A stretch of DNA of 64,000 nucleotides, taken from the NCBI RefSeq assembly GCF_006345805.1, contig NC_042998.1:192882001-192946000 (forward strand), in the 5' to 3' direction. A program made the translations under genes and the position numbers. Source of the DNA: Octopus sinensis. Taxonomy: Eukaryota. Under the pieces are notes generated by a model. That model ran no database searches and was not told the DNA's origin. It saw only the letters and a program-made list of their open reading frames with translations. Shown in pieces: positions 1 through 12,116 of the stretch (its first letter is position 1; every line of letters begins with the position of its first letter).

Positions 1-54
1 CACACATACGGATATGTATGTATATACACATGTATGGGTGTATGCATGTAAATA

Positions 55-215
55 TATATATATATATAATATATATATATACGTATATAAAATAAATAGT
101 AAATAATATATAATATATGTATATATATAGAATAATAAATTGTAAATAGTATAATAGTAAATAGTAATAAGTAATAAATGAATACATACAATAATATTAT
201 ATATATATGTATGTG

Positions 216-261
<46 letters not shown>

Positions 262-450
262 AATAGTATATATATATATATGTGTATATAAGCATATATA
301 TATATATATATAATATATATATATATATATTGTAAATAGTATATAATATATGTGTATATAAGCATATATATATATATATATATATATTGTAAATAGTATA
401 TAATATATGTGTATATAAGCATATATATATATATATATATACATACATAT
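55..450. repeat. (TA)n-rich microsatellite with a short internal tandem unit
   Basis: Runs of TA; the unit 'gtaaatagtatataatatatgtgtatataagcatata' recurs about 3 times between 258 and 425. Confidence 0.9.
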
Positions 451-1703
451 ATGGGTACAGGACACCACCAACATGCAAATAACATGAAATACGTAAACAA
501 CGTGAACAAATGGAAAGCAGGACAAGTAAACTCAGAAAAAGGACTCTTCATCAGTTGTTGGCTGTCTATCTACTCCTCATTTCGAGCATTCAACAACAAT
601 ATGAGTCTTCAAAGACAGTTGTTCCCATAAATTCTAAGATAAAATTAATGATTTTTGGCGGGTCAAAGTTGCGAACAAAAACATGAAAGTAGACACATGA
701 AAGGAAACCTGTGAGAAACATTATTTTGACAAGAGAATAGGTAACAGAGAGAGAAAGAGAGAGAGAGAGAGAGACACGTCTGGTCTTTTGAACGTCTCTG
801 CAGGAAAAGAAAGGTGGTCACGTGAGGAAAAGAAGGATGGACGATGGCCACGTGTGAGTAACGAGAGAGAGAGAGAGAGAAAAAAGGAGAAGGGGGGGGG
901 AGAGATAGAAAATGGTGAGGATGGAGGGGGAAAAAGGGCATTAGAGAAGGATGGGGGAAGAAAACTATAGTGAGTCGCATCAAAACGGTAAAGATAACTT
1001 ACTTGGAAATGGATATATATCATTCAACTAGTGCAGTAGTTGAATAAAGCCGTAATTTACTCACATGCAGCATCTTTCAGAGCTTTTCGCTAATTCAGTT
1101 CTTAGCCAAATTGAAAACTGTTAACATTTTTGATGAGGACTAGTCCCGAGCTACATTTTAGCATTAAAAAAATTGAGATTTGGTCCAGTTTACTTCAAAA
1201 TGTGTAGCAACTTTATAGGAGAGTAAATAACGCCCCCAATCATGTTTAGAATAAAAAAATTTTTTTATTTTAAAAGCAAAATATGTTTATCTTAGCTTTC
1301 AATGATGGAAGAAAGCATGAGGAATTTCATAGTTTTTGTCCCATGCAAGAAAAATATGTATCAAAAAAGTTGTGAGGTAAAATATAAGAAAGGTATAAAA
1401 TTGGATTTAAGTATAATTAACTTTTTTTATTTTAAAAACAAATATTTTAATTAAGCTTAAATGACAGAGCTCAATTCAAGGAATTTCATGCAATGAAGTT
1501 TTAAAAGAAAAAAGTTATGAGTGTTTGTTTCTCAAATTTGAGGGTGATAGTATCGTTCTATACTTTTTTTATGAAGATAGTTCTATATGGGGACTTTTAA
1601 TATACGTCACCGACATCATTGAGGTAAGGAAAAAATTATCAACGACACCGCTATTTGACACATTATTAATTAGCATAATAGCTTAGCCTGGAAAAAAACA
1701 TGG

Positions 1704-2526
1704 ATTATATGCAAAAATGCGAGCAAGGGCAATAATATTCTTAAGATTATAAACCTGGAAACGTTCATAAGTTATTACATCTGGTAGAGTACAGAAGAAG
1801 AAAATTTTTACTTAAAATATTGCAGCTGAGGATATAATTTGAATATTAAAAATTATTTGATTTTAATTTACAAAGTAACATTATAATTAAAAAAAGGTAC
1901 TGTCATTTTGTTAAAATATTGACACACTAGAATATTTTTAAAATGAGAGCCAGAAGTACCAATATAGGTAAAGTTTTATGCAAAGTAGAATAGTATATAT
2001 GGTAGGCAAATTCATTATGTAAAATATAGGCATTAGGTCAAGACTGAAAATGTGAAGACTTGGCAATAACTTAGGCAATAACTCAAGCAAATTTTACAGT
2101 GAATCTGTTGTTACTGGTAGATTTACTGTAATATATAACTAATTTTTATATTAATCTATTTATCGTACTAATTATGTACTACTATTATTTTTATGGCCTA
2201 TTTTCAAATTTCGAATTATCAATTAATAATTAAAACAATGAATTCTTTTAAAGTGCAAAATATATTTTGCGTTATTTTTAATTTTTGATAGAAGTAACAA
2301 GTAATAACAAATAGAAGTAATAACTTGTAATAAAATTTTTAGTTTTAATAAAAGCTAATATTTTCTAAATCTAAATATATTTATTTGAAATTCTATCCTT
2401 AACTGCAATATTTTAAATAAAATTTTTTCTTGTTTTGTACTTTACCAGATGTAATAACTTGTCCTGAACTTTTCCAGGTTTATAATCTCAAGAATATTAT
2501 TTCTCTTGCTCGCATTTTTCCATATA

Positions 2527-2528
<2 letters not shown>
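1704..2528. mobile_element. Fold-back / long-TIR non-autonomous DNA element
   Basis: 1704-1850 (attatatgcaaaaatgcgagcaagggcaataatattcttaagattataaacctgg...) is the reverse complement of about 2385-2528 (...ccaggtttataatctcaagaatattatttctcttgctcgcatttttccatataat), roughly 85% identical by eye. No TSD recognised. Confidence 0.75.
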
Positions 2529-2572
<44 letters not shown>

Positions 2573-2772
2573 TATTGGTATATGTTGTGTATCTGTCTAT
2601 CGATATATAGATAGATATTAAATTTAATTAAATGATATGTTAACCTCGTGAAGGGATGGTTTCATCCAAGGAAATACAGGTTCAATACCTAGTATCTTGG
2701 GGGAATGACATTCTCTTAAAACACCAGGTATATATAAAGCATATAGCTTACATCTATTTAAAAGAAAGAGAA

Positions 2773-3090
2773 GAAAACGGAGATAAGGAAGTTAATAATT
2801 GTTTATTATTAACAAATCGGTTATCGTCACAACTTACAGCTGTTTCAATCAATACTCAATAATTTAATTACAAATTTTTACGTTAAATTTACACTACTGA
2901 TAAGCTCACATATAACAACATCCAAAGATAGATCTTTTTTCCTCTGATGAAATTATACCCTGTCACATAAATGTAATTTTAATGTACAAATTTGTAATTA
3001 AATTATTGAATATTTATTGAAACAGCTGTAAGCAGTGACGATGACCAGTTTATTAATAAGAAACAATCAACTTTCTTATCTCCATTTTCT
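2773..3090. mobile_element. MITE-like hairpin element with ~100-bp imperfect inverted arms
   Basis: ggagataaggaagttaataattg...cttacagctgtttcaat...aatttaattacaaattt pairs with aaatttgtaattaaatt...attgaaacagctgtaag...caactttcttatctcc. Confidence 0.75.
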
Positions 3091-3121
3091 CATATATATA
3101 TATGCATATACATACATACAT

Positions 3122-3223
<102 letters not shown>

Positions 3224-3224
3224 G

Positions 3225-3530
3225 AGCGAGGTAGACTCCTTTGATGACGAATGACCACGGGATTGTACCTCGAAAGTCCCCCGTTCAAAGCATAAGTCCG
3301 AGCAAAGTTGTTTGTGGAAGACTAGCTGTTACCCATGCATACCAGTCTTCCCTCTTTATACTACCAATGTTATCCAAGGGAAATGCAAAGGCCGATACAG
3401 CTTGGCACCATTGAGGTTGCTACTCATTTTTACTCGTGAGTGAACTGGAACAATGTGAAAAAAAAGTGTCTCACTCAAGAACACGGTCCGGGAATGGAAC
3501 TCACAACTTCACGACCGCTGAGCCATGTGC
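3225..3530 (-). mobile_element. tRNA-headed SINE, degenerate (related to family D)
   Basis: Contains 'gagtgaactggaacaatgtgaaaaaaaagtgtctcactcaagaacac...ggaatggaactcac', matching the segment 'gagtggcctggagcaatgtgaaatgaagtgttttgctcaagaacac' of the element at 47105-47365. Confidence 0.6.
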
Positions 3531-3708
3531 CTTCACACATACACACACATATGTGTGTGTGTGTAAAACATGTCTGTTAGTTTTAAAGCTTACCACGATT
3601 GTAAACTATTCTTCTGATGACTATGTGTGCTGACTCGAAAGGGAGAAAAGCTGGCCATGTTTCAAAGCTTTTTGGCCTCTTCAGTAGCTGTGTACCATCT
3701 TTACTTAC

Positions 3709-3726
3709 CGATAAATGTCCTACTGC
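3709..3726 (-). other. Candidate 18-nt micro-exon (GCAGTAGGACATTTATCG)
   Basis: Minus-strand acceptor 'gtctattttccaattccag', a ctgac branch-like motif upstream, and donor TCG|gtaagt. Confidence 0.25.
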
Positions 3727-3901
3727 CTGGAATTGGAAAATAGACAGAATTTACATTCGTCAGACTCTATTTTCGATGACCAAAACTCGTTTTCCATATT
3801 GCAAAACTACAAAGAAAGTTATATCCAATAAATTAATATAAGCATGCTATAAAATACAATAAAATTATTTGAAAAAAAAATTGAAAAAATTTATAACTTA
3901 C

Positions 3902-3912
3902 CTGTTATTAGT
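3902..3912 (-). other. Candidate 11-nt micro-exon (ACTAATAACAG)
   Basis: Minus-strand acceptor 'atctttttttccccacag' and consensus donor CAG|gtaagt. Confidence 0.3.
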
Positions 3913-4031
3913 CTGTGGGGAAAAAAAGATATTTTTAATCAACGCTACACGTGTTTCTGTGCTGGTAGAGAGTTTATAGAGGCTATACCTAATACATAAA
4001 TCCACCAGTGCGTTCTCAGGCTATTTATCTT

Positions 4032-4145
4032 TTCCGGGTTCAGTCCCACTGCGTGGCACCTTGTGCCAGCGTCTTCTATTTTAGCATCGGGCCGACCAAA
4101 GCCTTGTGAGTGGATTTGGAAGATGGAAACTGGAAGAAGCTTGTC

Positions 4146-4197
<52 letters not shown>

Positions 4198-4478
4198 GTG
4201 TGTGTGTATTTATTTATTTGCGTGTGTGTGTGTATGTATTTATTTGCGTGTGTGTGTGTGTGTATGTGTGTGTGTCTGTTTTTGCCCCGCTATCGCTTGA
4301 CAACCCATGTTGGTGTGTTTATGTCCCCGTAACTTAGCGGTTCTGCGAAAGAACCAATAGGATAAGTATTAGACTTACAAAGAATAAGTCCTGGGGTCGA
4401 TGTGTTCGACTACCACCCTTTAATGAGGTGCTCCAGCATGGCCGCTGTCAAATCAATGAAACACGTAATAGAATAGAG
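4032..4478 (+). mobile_element. SINE family A, 5'-truncated
   Basis: B-box 'gggttcagtccc', body 'gccgaccaaagccttgtgagtggatttgg', internal (TA)/(TG) microsatellite, tail 'gtgctccagcatggccgc'; the family is repeated about 10 times in the window. Confidence 0.9.
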
Positions 4479-5164
4479 TGTATATAAACAATGGCAGCTG
4501 TTTATTTTGAGCATGTTGGATCTACTGTCAAAAACAGTAACAAAATATTTATATTTAAACAAATGTTTACTTACATATACACACACTCTCACGTGTGTTT
4601 GTGTGTAAACACCAGGTAGAAGGAACCTTGAGATAGCGTTCTGCGTGATGCATATGATGTACAGTTGAGACTTACAAAAACAACATGGGAACTATAATTA
4701 TTCTTGCAATTTTAAGACAATTTTAAGATGTCAGGTCTAAAACAGAAAGCAAGGGACATGACTCCCACAATAACAACTGCTCCAGATTTTTGAAGTATTG
4801 AGACAATGCGGTTTTGTGGGGACTTGCGTGCGTGCAGCCATGCCCAAGCACAAGGGCACTATCATGAGCTGAGAGGAATAACTCAGAGTAGCCAGTGGCA
4901 AGAATTTGGATAACAAAGAGGAATGACGCTATATTAAATAACATGCAAGGTAGCTTCTAGATTTACTGAAATTATCTTCGCTTTTGAGAGAAAGTAAACG
5001 AAAATCTGGTGCCAGTTGCGACCGACTCCGAAAGAGAAAGGGAGATAATTTCAACAATCAAATGTTTCCTGAGGACTAACATAATATGTGGATCTTTTTT
5101 TTTTTTCTGGTATAAAAGAACATTTGGGGACAGCTGTTTCTGCCTGCACACACACACACACACA

Positions 5165-5195
<31 letters not shown>

Positions 5196-5819
5196 CTCAG
5201 CACATGATAGTGTACTTGTGCTTGGGCATGTGTGCGCGCACACAGAGACCGACTGGCAAGCAGACAAATGGACGAAGCGACAGAAAGTTATAAATTTCAG
5301 CAGCATTCAACTGAACATTACCATATCTGACGGATTATAAAGTTCACTTTATAAAATACACCCCTATATCTAATGAACAATATCAGTGTTATAAACACAG
5401 GCAAATCGTAGTTTAAGAAAGAGCCCACGAAAATTAGTGTGTTTTATAAGTTAGTGCTTAATGTTTAATGAGCCATCAAAATCAGTGAATGCTTTTTTTT
5501 TTCTATTTGAATTCTTCATTTATAGAAGGGGTTAAAAACAAAGCTCCATCACTGAAATTTATACAGCAACAATGAATAATTAAAAGTTGAATTTCAGAAA
5601 GATCTTACTTATTTTTGTTGTTCCAGCAACAGATTGTATTCGCGAAGTTTATGATAACTGGTTGTTTTCTCTACTTTATAAATTTTAGAATTTTAGGAAT
5701 ACCGCTGAGACATAGTAATAAAGCCAAATGTTACCGATACAGGACCTATAAGCGGCGAGATTTCGCCGGTACCTAACCATAGGATCTTCATGGGACCTTC
5801 CTTGAACAACTGTGAAGAG

Positions 5820-5956
5820 TTGCCTTTCATCCTTTCGAGGTCGATAAATTAATTACCAGTTACGCACTGGAGTCGATGTAATCGACTTAACCCCTTTGTC
5901 TGTCTTTGTTTGTCCCGTCAATGTTTAGCCCCTTGTGGGCAATAAAGAAATAAGAA
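5820..5956 (+). mobile_element. SINE family B, 3' half
   Basis: 'gcctttcatcctttcgaggtcgataaatta...gtttagccccttgtgggcaataaagaaata' matches the full copies at 40030 and 63654. Confidence 0.85.
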
Positions 5957-6885
5957 AAGTTTCGCCTATTTTTATTGTTCGGTCAATAGGTTATATTTGC
6001 AAAGTTCGTGATAGCTGTTCACTTTTAAGCCTGATAAACGAGCATTTTCAGATCTCCAGTTAGACATTTAATAATAGAGCCAAAGACGCTAATAATACAA
6101 GTAGACATGTGAATTTATGATCTGTGTAGAGAAGCTGTAAGTTTCATAGCTTTTGTTTGTATCTTGAACCTTTAAAAGATGGGGGTTCAATCTGTACACT
6201 GGTCTGGAGCAATGAAACTTTGAAGGGATCCGTGACGATCTTTAGAAAAAAAAAATCTCACCGACCCCGTGAATTTTAAGAATACTTATAACCTCAAAGC
6301 AATTTTGTTCTGATTTCCCACTTTTCTTTCGGAAACCCAGTCCATAATATTCTATCTGAACTACGTTTGAAAGAGTTGTTCACATTTAGAGGTCAGCTCA
6401 TCTCTGTAACAGTACATTTCTGTTTTTGGTCTCAAACAACAAACCAGATCTGTTTTGTTGTTTACATTTGATGAAGGTTTCATTAGAAATATTCTTCCTG
6501 TTCACAAGTATCTATGGTCCCAACAAACAAAATTTGTATGTAATGTGCATGTATGTTTGTAGACATGCATGTCATTGCGTATGTGAATCTTTATAGTTTG
6601 ACAGTGTACATATATATACGTGTGTTTGTATAGTGTGTACATGTGTGATTTTGTGTATCTGTTCATACCAGGAGTTACATTTATAGAATGTTTTACATCC
6701 GTTTACAATTCATTACTGTCTTGTAAACTTTAATTTTCCAATTAGTTTGAGTTATTTCTGCTTTTGTCGATGTCCCAACTTCTGAAGACTGATGCTGGAG
6801 GCTTATTGCGAAAACCCTGTGTGTGTGTGTGAGTGCTCTACACTGGCGCATGCGTGTACGTACAAAACAATCCTGTTCGGTTTAA

Positions 6886-7551
6886 CTCTTTAGTGTTCAG
6901 ATTACTCTCTCTTTTTTTTCTCTTTTTTCTACTTGTTTCAGTCATTTGACTGCGGCCATGCTGGAGCACCACCTTTAGTCAATCGAGCAACTCGACCCCG
7001 GGACTTATTCGTTTTGTAATAAGCCCAGTACTTATTCTATCGGTCTCTTTTTGCCGAACCGCTAAGTGACGGGGACGTAAACACACCAGCATCGGTTGTC
7101 AAGCGATGCTGGGGGGACAAACACAGACATACAAACATACACGCACACACACATATATATATATACACATATATGTATACATATATACGACGGGCTTCTT
7201 TCAGTTTCCGTCTACCAAATCCACTCACAAGGCTTTGGTCAGGCCGAGACTATAGTAGAAGACACTTGCCCAAGGTGCCACGCAGTGGGACTGAACACGG
7301 AACCGTATGGTTAGTAAACAAGCTACTTACCACACAGCCACTCCTGCGCCATGTGTTAAATATAATACTTTTTCACTCAAATTGTTTTGAATTAATCATG
7401 CATTATCTTATAGCTTTGAGCTTTCAGTGATGTGATTGTTTATTTTTAGCATGACATTGTAGGTTAGGTGTGAGAGGCTAGATATGGCTAGTTTGAATAT
7501 AAAACATTTAGAATATTTAGGCCAGATATGGCCGGTTTAAACACTAAAGGG
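6886..7551. mobile_element. TTAA-flanked (piggyBac-type) MITE interrupted by a SINE A
   Basis: ttaa|ctctttagtgtt ... acactaaaggg|ttaa termini; a degenerate relative lies at about 43390-43620. Confidence 0.65.
6910..7350 (-). mobile_element. SINE family A, full length
   Basis: Reverse complement of head 'ggcgcaggagtggctgtgtggtaagtagcttg' at 7350 through tail 'gactgaaacaagtag'. Confidence 0.92.
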
Positions 7552-7601
7552 TTAAAATACATTTTTTTTTTGTAGTCATCGTAGGTGATATTTTTTTTAA
7601 A

Positions 7602-8097
7602 TCTTTATATATAAAAGTGAAGTTGTGTGTCTGTCTCCTACGATTTAGATTCCTAACTACTCCCACATTTTGCGGTGCAGTTTAACCCAAACCGGGTATC
7701 TTATAGTCGTGATTCATATCGAGCCCTTCTGGGTATTAGCGCGCATCTACGATGAGTGTACGATTTAAAAAAAAAATTACCATCGTTTTTTTCCATTTTA
7801 ATGCATTTTTTCGCTATTATATAAGGGAAGTAACTCTCTAAAAATGTCTACGATGAGTCAACGATTTAAAAAAAAATTTACCATCATTTTTTCCATTTTA
7901 ATGCATTTTTTCGCTATTATATAAGGGAAGTAACTCTCTAAAAATGTCTACGATGAGTCAACGATTTAAAAAAAAATTACTATCATTTTTTTCCCATTTT
8001 TAATGCATTTTTTGCTACTTTTTGGCTATAACTCTCTAAAAATGCTTATATAGTTATTTCCCTTACAAACCCGAGCAACGCCGGGCGATACTGCTAG
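7602..8097 (+). mobile_element. Non-autonomous Helitron-like element (family H1)
   Basis: Starts A|TC (tctttatatataaaagtg) and ends with hairpin cccgagcaacgccggg then CTAG|T. A second copy is at 9916-10310. Contains an internal ~100-bp tandem expansion. Confidence 0.85.
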
Positions 8098-8459
8098 TTT
8101 CTTATATTGTTAAATGTAGAGGAGATACTGGTTCTACATTTTCGACACTTGACTGTTTTCAGTGTTACCTGTTGACAGCAACAGTGAATTAACACTTGCT
8201 CGTTTAGTTCTAAATTATATCCGCATCAGTTTGGAGTGGCTATATCGAATTCGTGTGTTCAACGATTGCCATTCTTTAATTAACAGGAGGCAAGCTGAAT
8301 CAGTCCATCCGTTACTTACTGGTAGCTTGCTTTCTCTCTCTCTCTCTCTCTCTCTCGTACATGCACACACACCACACAGAAGTGTGTGCATATATATGTA
8401 CATGTGTGCGCACATATATATGCAAATATATTCATACATGCGACCGAGCAAGACCGCTT

Positions 8460-8965
8460 GATAATAATAATAATAATAATAATAATATATAATGAAATTA
8501 TTGTATACAGTGCTCAGGAGCACCACAACTTGTCAAAAGTACGTATAGAGTATATGCAGTAATGTACAAATGTCTGGAAAGTGAACAGTGTATGAGTCAG
8601 ATACATGCTTGCGTGTGTATGGAGGGGAGAAGATCAGGTGTAGTGTTGGTGAATCCCAGGAAGCATGGAAGTTTTGAAGGATGTAGTGCTCCGACAACTA
8701 ACAACTGATGCCGGCAGTTTGTTCCATGCTTCAGCAACTATTCGCGTGAAAAAAATGTTTCCGAAAGTCATGGGAGCTGTGCTGTTTTGTGACTTTGTAA
8801 ATATGTCCACGGGTGTTAGACAGGTGGAGTTTGAAAAGGTGCTCAGAGTTATTGTTTGTAAGATGGTTAATAGAATCAAGAGTCCAAGAAGTTCCTCTGC
8901 GTCAATTTGTGTGGATAAAGTATTGCACAGCACTGGAACCACTTTTCGGCGCAAACGGCTGTAAC
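8460..8965 (-). mobile_element. CR1/L2-like LINE 3' fragment with (ATT)n tail
   Basis: Minus-strand translation ...FFTRIVAEAWNKLPASVVSCRSTTSFKT..., typical of the C-terminus of CR1-group ORF2; the same sequence occurs at 53480-54582 and 61234-61830. Confidence 0.8.
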
Positions 8966-9315
8966 ACCAGTGACATAACAAATATTGGGACGACCTTTTT
9001 TTTTCTTACTGGAAACGAAAACTAGGGGTTGTTCACTCGCAGTTGTCAAGGTACTAATTAACCAAATAGCTGGGACCCTGGCAGGCGCTTACTACTCCGG
9101 GTCAGAGAAAACCTAGGAACAAATGCATTCGTGTGTGTGTGTGTGCAGTTTCGTGTACAAAAGGAGATACATCCATGAAGTATGTTAATGTAAAATTTTT
9201 AAGCAAACGTTCTCAAAAATCTATCAAAATTTGACTCTGGGATGGCGACTCGCATAACGTGTGACACAAATAATGCAAAAACGAAATAATAATAATAATA
9301 ATAAATCAAACAAAG

Positions 9316-9476
9316 GAATGGAGTGGCTGCGTGGTAAGTAGCTTGTTTACCAACCACATGGTTCCGGGTTCATTCCCACTGCGTGGCACCTTGGGCAAGT
9401 GTCTTCTACTACAGTCTCGGGCCGACCAAAGCCTTGTGAGTGGATTTGGTAGACGGAAACTGAAAGAAGCCCGTCG

Positions 9477-9522
<46 letters not shown>

Positions 9523-9850
9523 ATAATAATATTAGGGAGTAAATCCAAACTTACAGGGAAAAATTAGATTTAGGATTAAATCTAATTTTACAGTATATAT
9601 ATAATATATATATATATGTGTGTGTGTGTGCTTGTGTGTTTGTGTTTGTCTCTCTAACATCGCTTGACAACCGATGCTGGTGTGTTTACGTCCCCCGTAA
9701 CTTAGCGGTTCGGCAAAAGAGACCGATACAATAAGTACTAGGCTTACAAAGAATAAGTCCTGTGGGGTCGATTTGCTGGACTAAAAAGGCGGTGCTCCAG
9801 CATGGCCGCAGTCAAAATGACTGAAACAAGTAAAAGAATAAAAGAATAAA
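9316..9850 (+). mobile_element. SINE family A, full length
   Basis: Head 'ggagtggctgcgtggtaagtagcttg', B-box 'gggttcattccc', tail 'gactgaaacaagtaaaagaataa'. Confidence 0.92.
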
Positions 9851-9915
9851 GGGATGATTTTTTATTTTCCTTAAAGACTACGAACAATCAAAACAGTTCA
9901 CAGAATGTTCACTAA

Positions 9916-10310
9916 TCTTTATATATAAAAGTGAGCTTGTGTGCTGTCTGTCTCCTACGATTTAGATTCCTAATTACTCCCACATTTTGCGGTGCAGTTT
10001 AACCAAAACCGGGTATCTTATAGTCGTGATTCATATCGAGCCCTTCTGGGTATTAGCGCGCGTCTTATGATGAGTCTACGATTTAAAAAAAAATTTACCA
10101 TCAATTTTTCCCATTTTTAATGCATTTTTGGCATATATAAGGGAAGTAATTCTCTAAAAATTTATTAAATCTCAGAACGTAAAAAGCTACAGTAATACTG
10201 TAGCTTTTGTGGTTAGCCATATTGAGATGGCTATTATACTTTACATCTCTAAAAATGCTTATATAGTTATTTCCCTTACAAACCCGAGCAACGCCGGGCG
10301 ATACTGCTAG
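9916..10310 (+). mobile_element. Non-autonomous Helitron-like element (family H1), second copy
   Basis: A|TC start, identical 3' end 'cccgagcaacgccgggcgatactgctag'|T. Confidence 0.85.
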
Positions 10311-11074
10311 TGTAGAATGTAATGTTTTTGTATATTTATTTCCTTCTTACTATTATTATTATTATTATATTTAGTTTTACATCTTTGCTGCTGGAACATT
10401 TGTTTACGCGTAACAAGAGCAGTGAAGCTGCTTTGATCGCGGGTACTGTGTGGTGTTAACCTTGAAAGTACAACTGGTACATTACAACAGGCTGTAGCTT
10501 TCAATCACTTTATTCCATACAGCATAGGGTAATTTCGTGCAAGTCTTCAATTTTGCTAAACTCTAATTTTATACTATATAATTTTTTTTTCCTTTAATTT
10601 TGTTTTATATTTTCCGCTATTCTTGGCTCTTAGCCATCGCTCACAGCTTTTTTCCACTTCATTATCAATCGCACACGTGTATGCATATGTATGCATATGT
10701 ATGTATGTATGTATGTGTTTGTGAGAGAGATAGACAAATACAGAGAGACAGAGAGGGTGAGGTTAGAATATGTTCGGATCCCCCTTATCTCGTGTTAACC
10801 CTCTTCGCAATAAATGGCTAAAGAAGAAAGGAAAAAAACATTCCAAGAAAGCGCTCGCTGGATTTCTTTCTCATTTAGTTTCTCTCTGATCAAATTACTT
10901 ACCCCCTTATTGTTGCCGAGTTCTTCTACATTTCTGAATCCCTTTAATTACGATGCTTGGCATTTCCTCGTTTTCCCCTCCCCCCCCCCCCGCATTTCTT
11001 CCAACCATACACACGCACCTTTTTCCCCCCATCTCTCGCCTTTTTTTTTTCACTCAAGCTTACTTCTGTTCTTT

Positions 11075-11190
11075 CTAGTCTCTCTACCTCACCTCTACTC
11101 TCTTCTCTCTGCCAGACCTCCACTCTCTTCTCTCTACCTCACCTCCACTCTCTTCTCTTCTCTCTGCCAGACCTACACTCTCTTCTCGCC
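11075..11190. repeat. Pyrimidine-rich minisatellite (~25-bp units)
   Basis: Alternating 'ctctctacctcacctc(t/c)actctctt' and 'ctctctgccagacct(c/a)cactctctt' units. Confidence 0.75.
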
Positions 11191-12082
11191 TCTCTTTTTC
11201 CACTCACACTTCTATTCCCTCTCTTTCTTGCTTTTTTTCTTCTTGTAGTTGACTTACAGTCTCTCCTCTTCTCTTTCGCTCACCTACACTGCTCCTCTCT
11301 CTCCCTATCTCTCTCTCACACACACACACATTTACAGTTGTTATAGTTATTTAAATTTTCTAAAAAAACTTTACAAGTTGCAGTAACACTTCTTTGTTAA
11401 CTTTCAGCAGTCTATTTCACCCAAGCCCTAGCACGATTCGCTTAAACTTGGAGGATATTTTCTTCGCTTCTATTCCTTGTCGTTTTTTATTTAGTCCGTA
11501 ATAAATTGTCGTTCTTCTTCTGCAAACAACTTCGTGTGAGGGACAAAATTAGCAGCTATCTATACCTGAATCATTAGTAACAATTTCTCTAACACACCCT
11601 TCACGAAATGTTTTCGTACAGTAAACGAGGAACCGATATATGGCACGCACCAACATAGAAGACACACACATACGCACCATACACGCACGCTTACTTTCAG
11701 CTACTGTTCATGTTCCCACCCTACCTCCTCTTTCTTCTTGGTGAGATAGTAGTTCTTTTAAGAACGGGCTTGGATCTCTTAGCTACTCACTTTTTTTTTA
11801 TTCCTTCTGGTTTACATCATTGTTGTTTATTGCCTCTTGAAACTAAGAGGGAGTCAGTTTGTCAGTGGCCAAAATATGGGGGAATTTTACAGTTTGGCGG
11901 CGCTATGTCATCATGACAACAATTTGGTACTACTTTACCATCCGTAAAAAAGTCCGATGTAAGCGTAAGTTTTGTTGGCTTCCGATATATATATTTTTTC
12001 TTTCCTTTTATGTTAATAATAACTTACACTCTTTGATTTCCCTGTCCGCACGCTTTATTCAGTTTTATTATTATTATTATTA

Positions 12083-12116
<34 letters not shown>

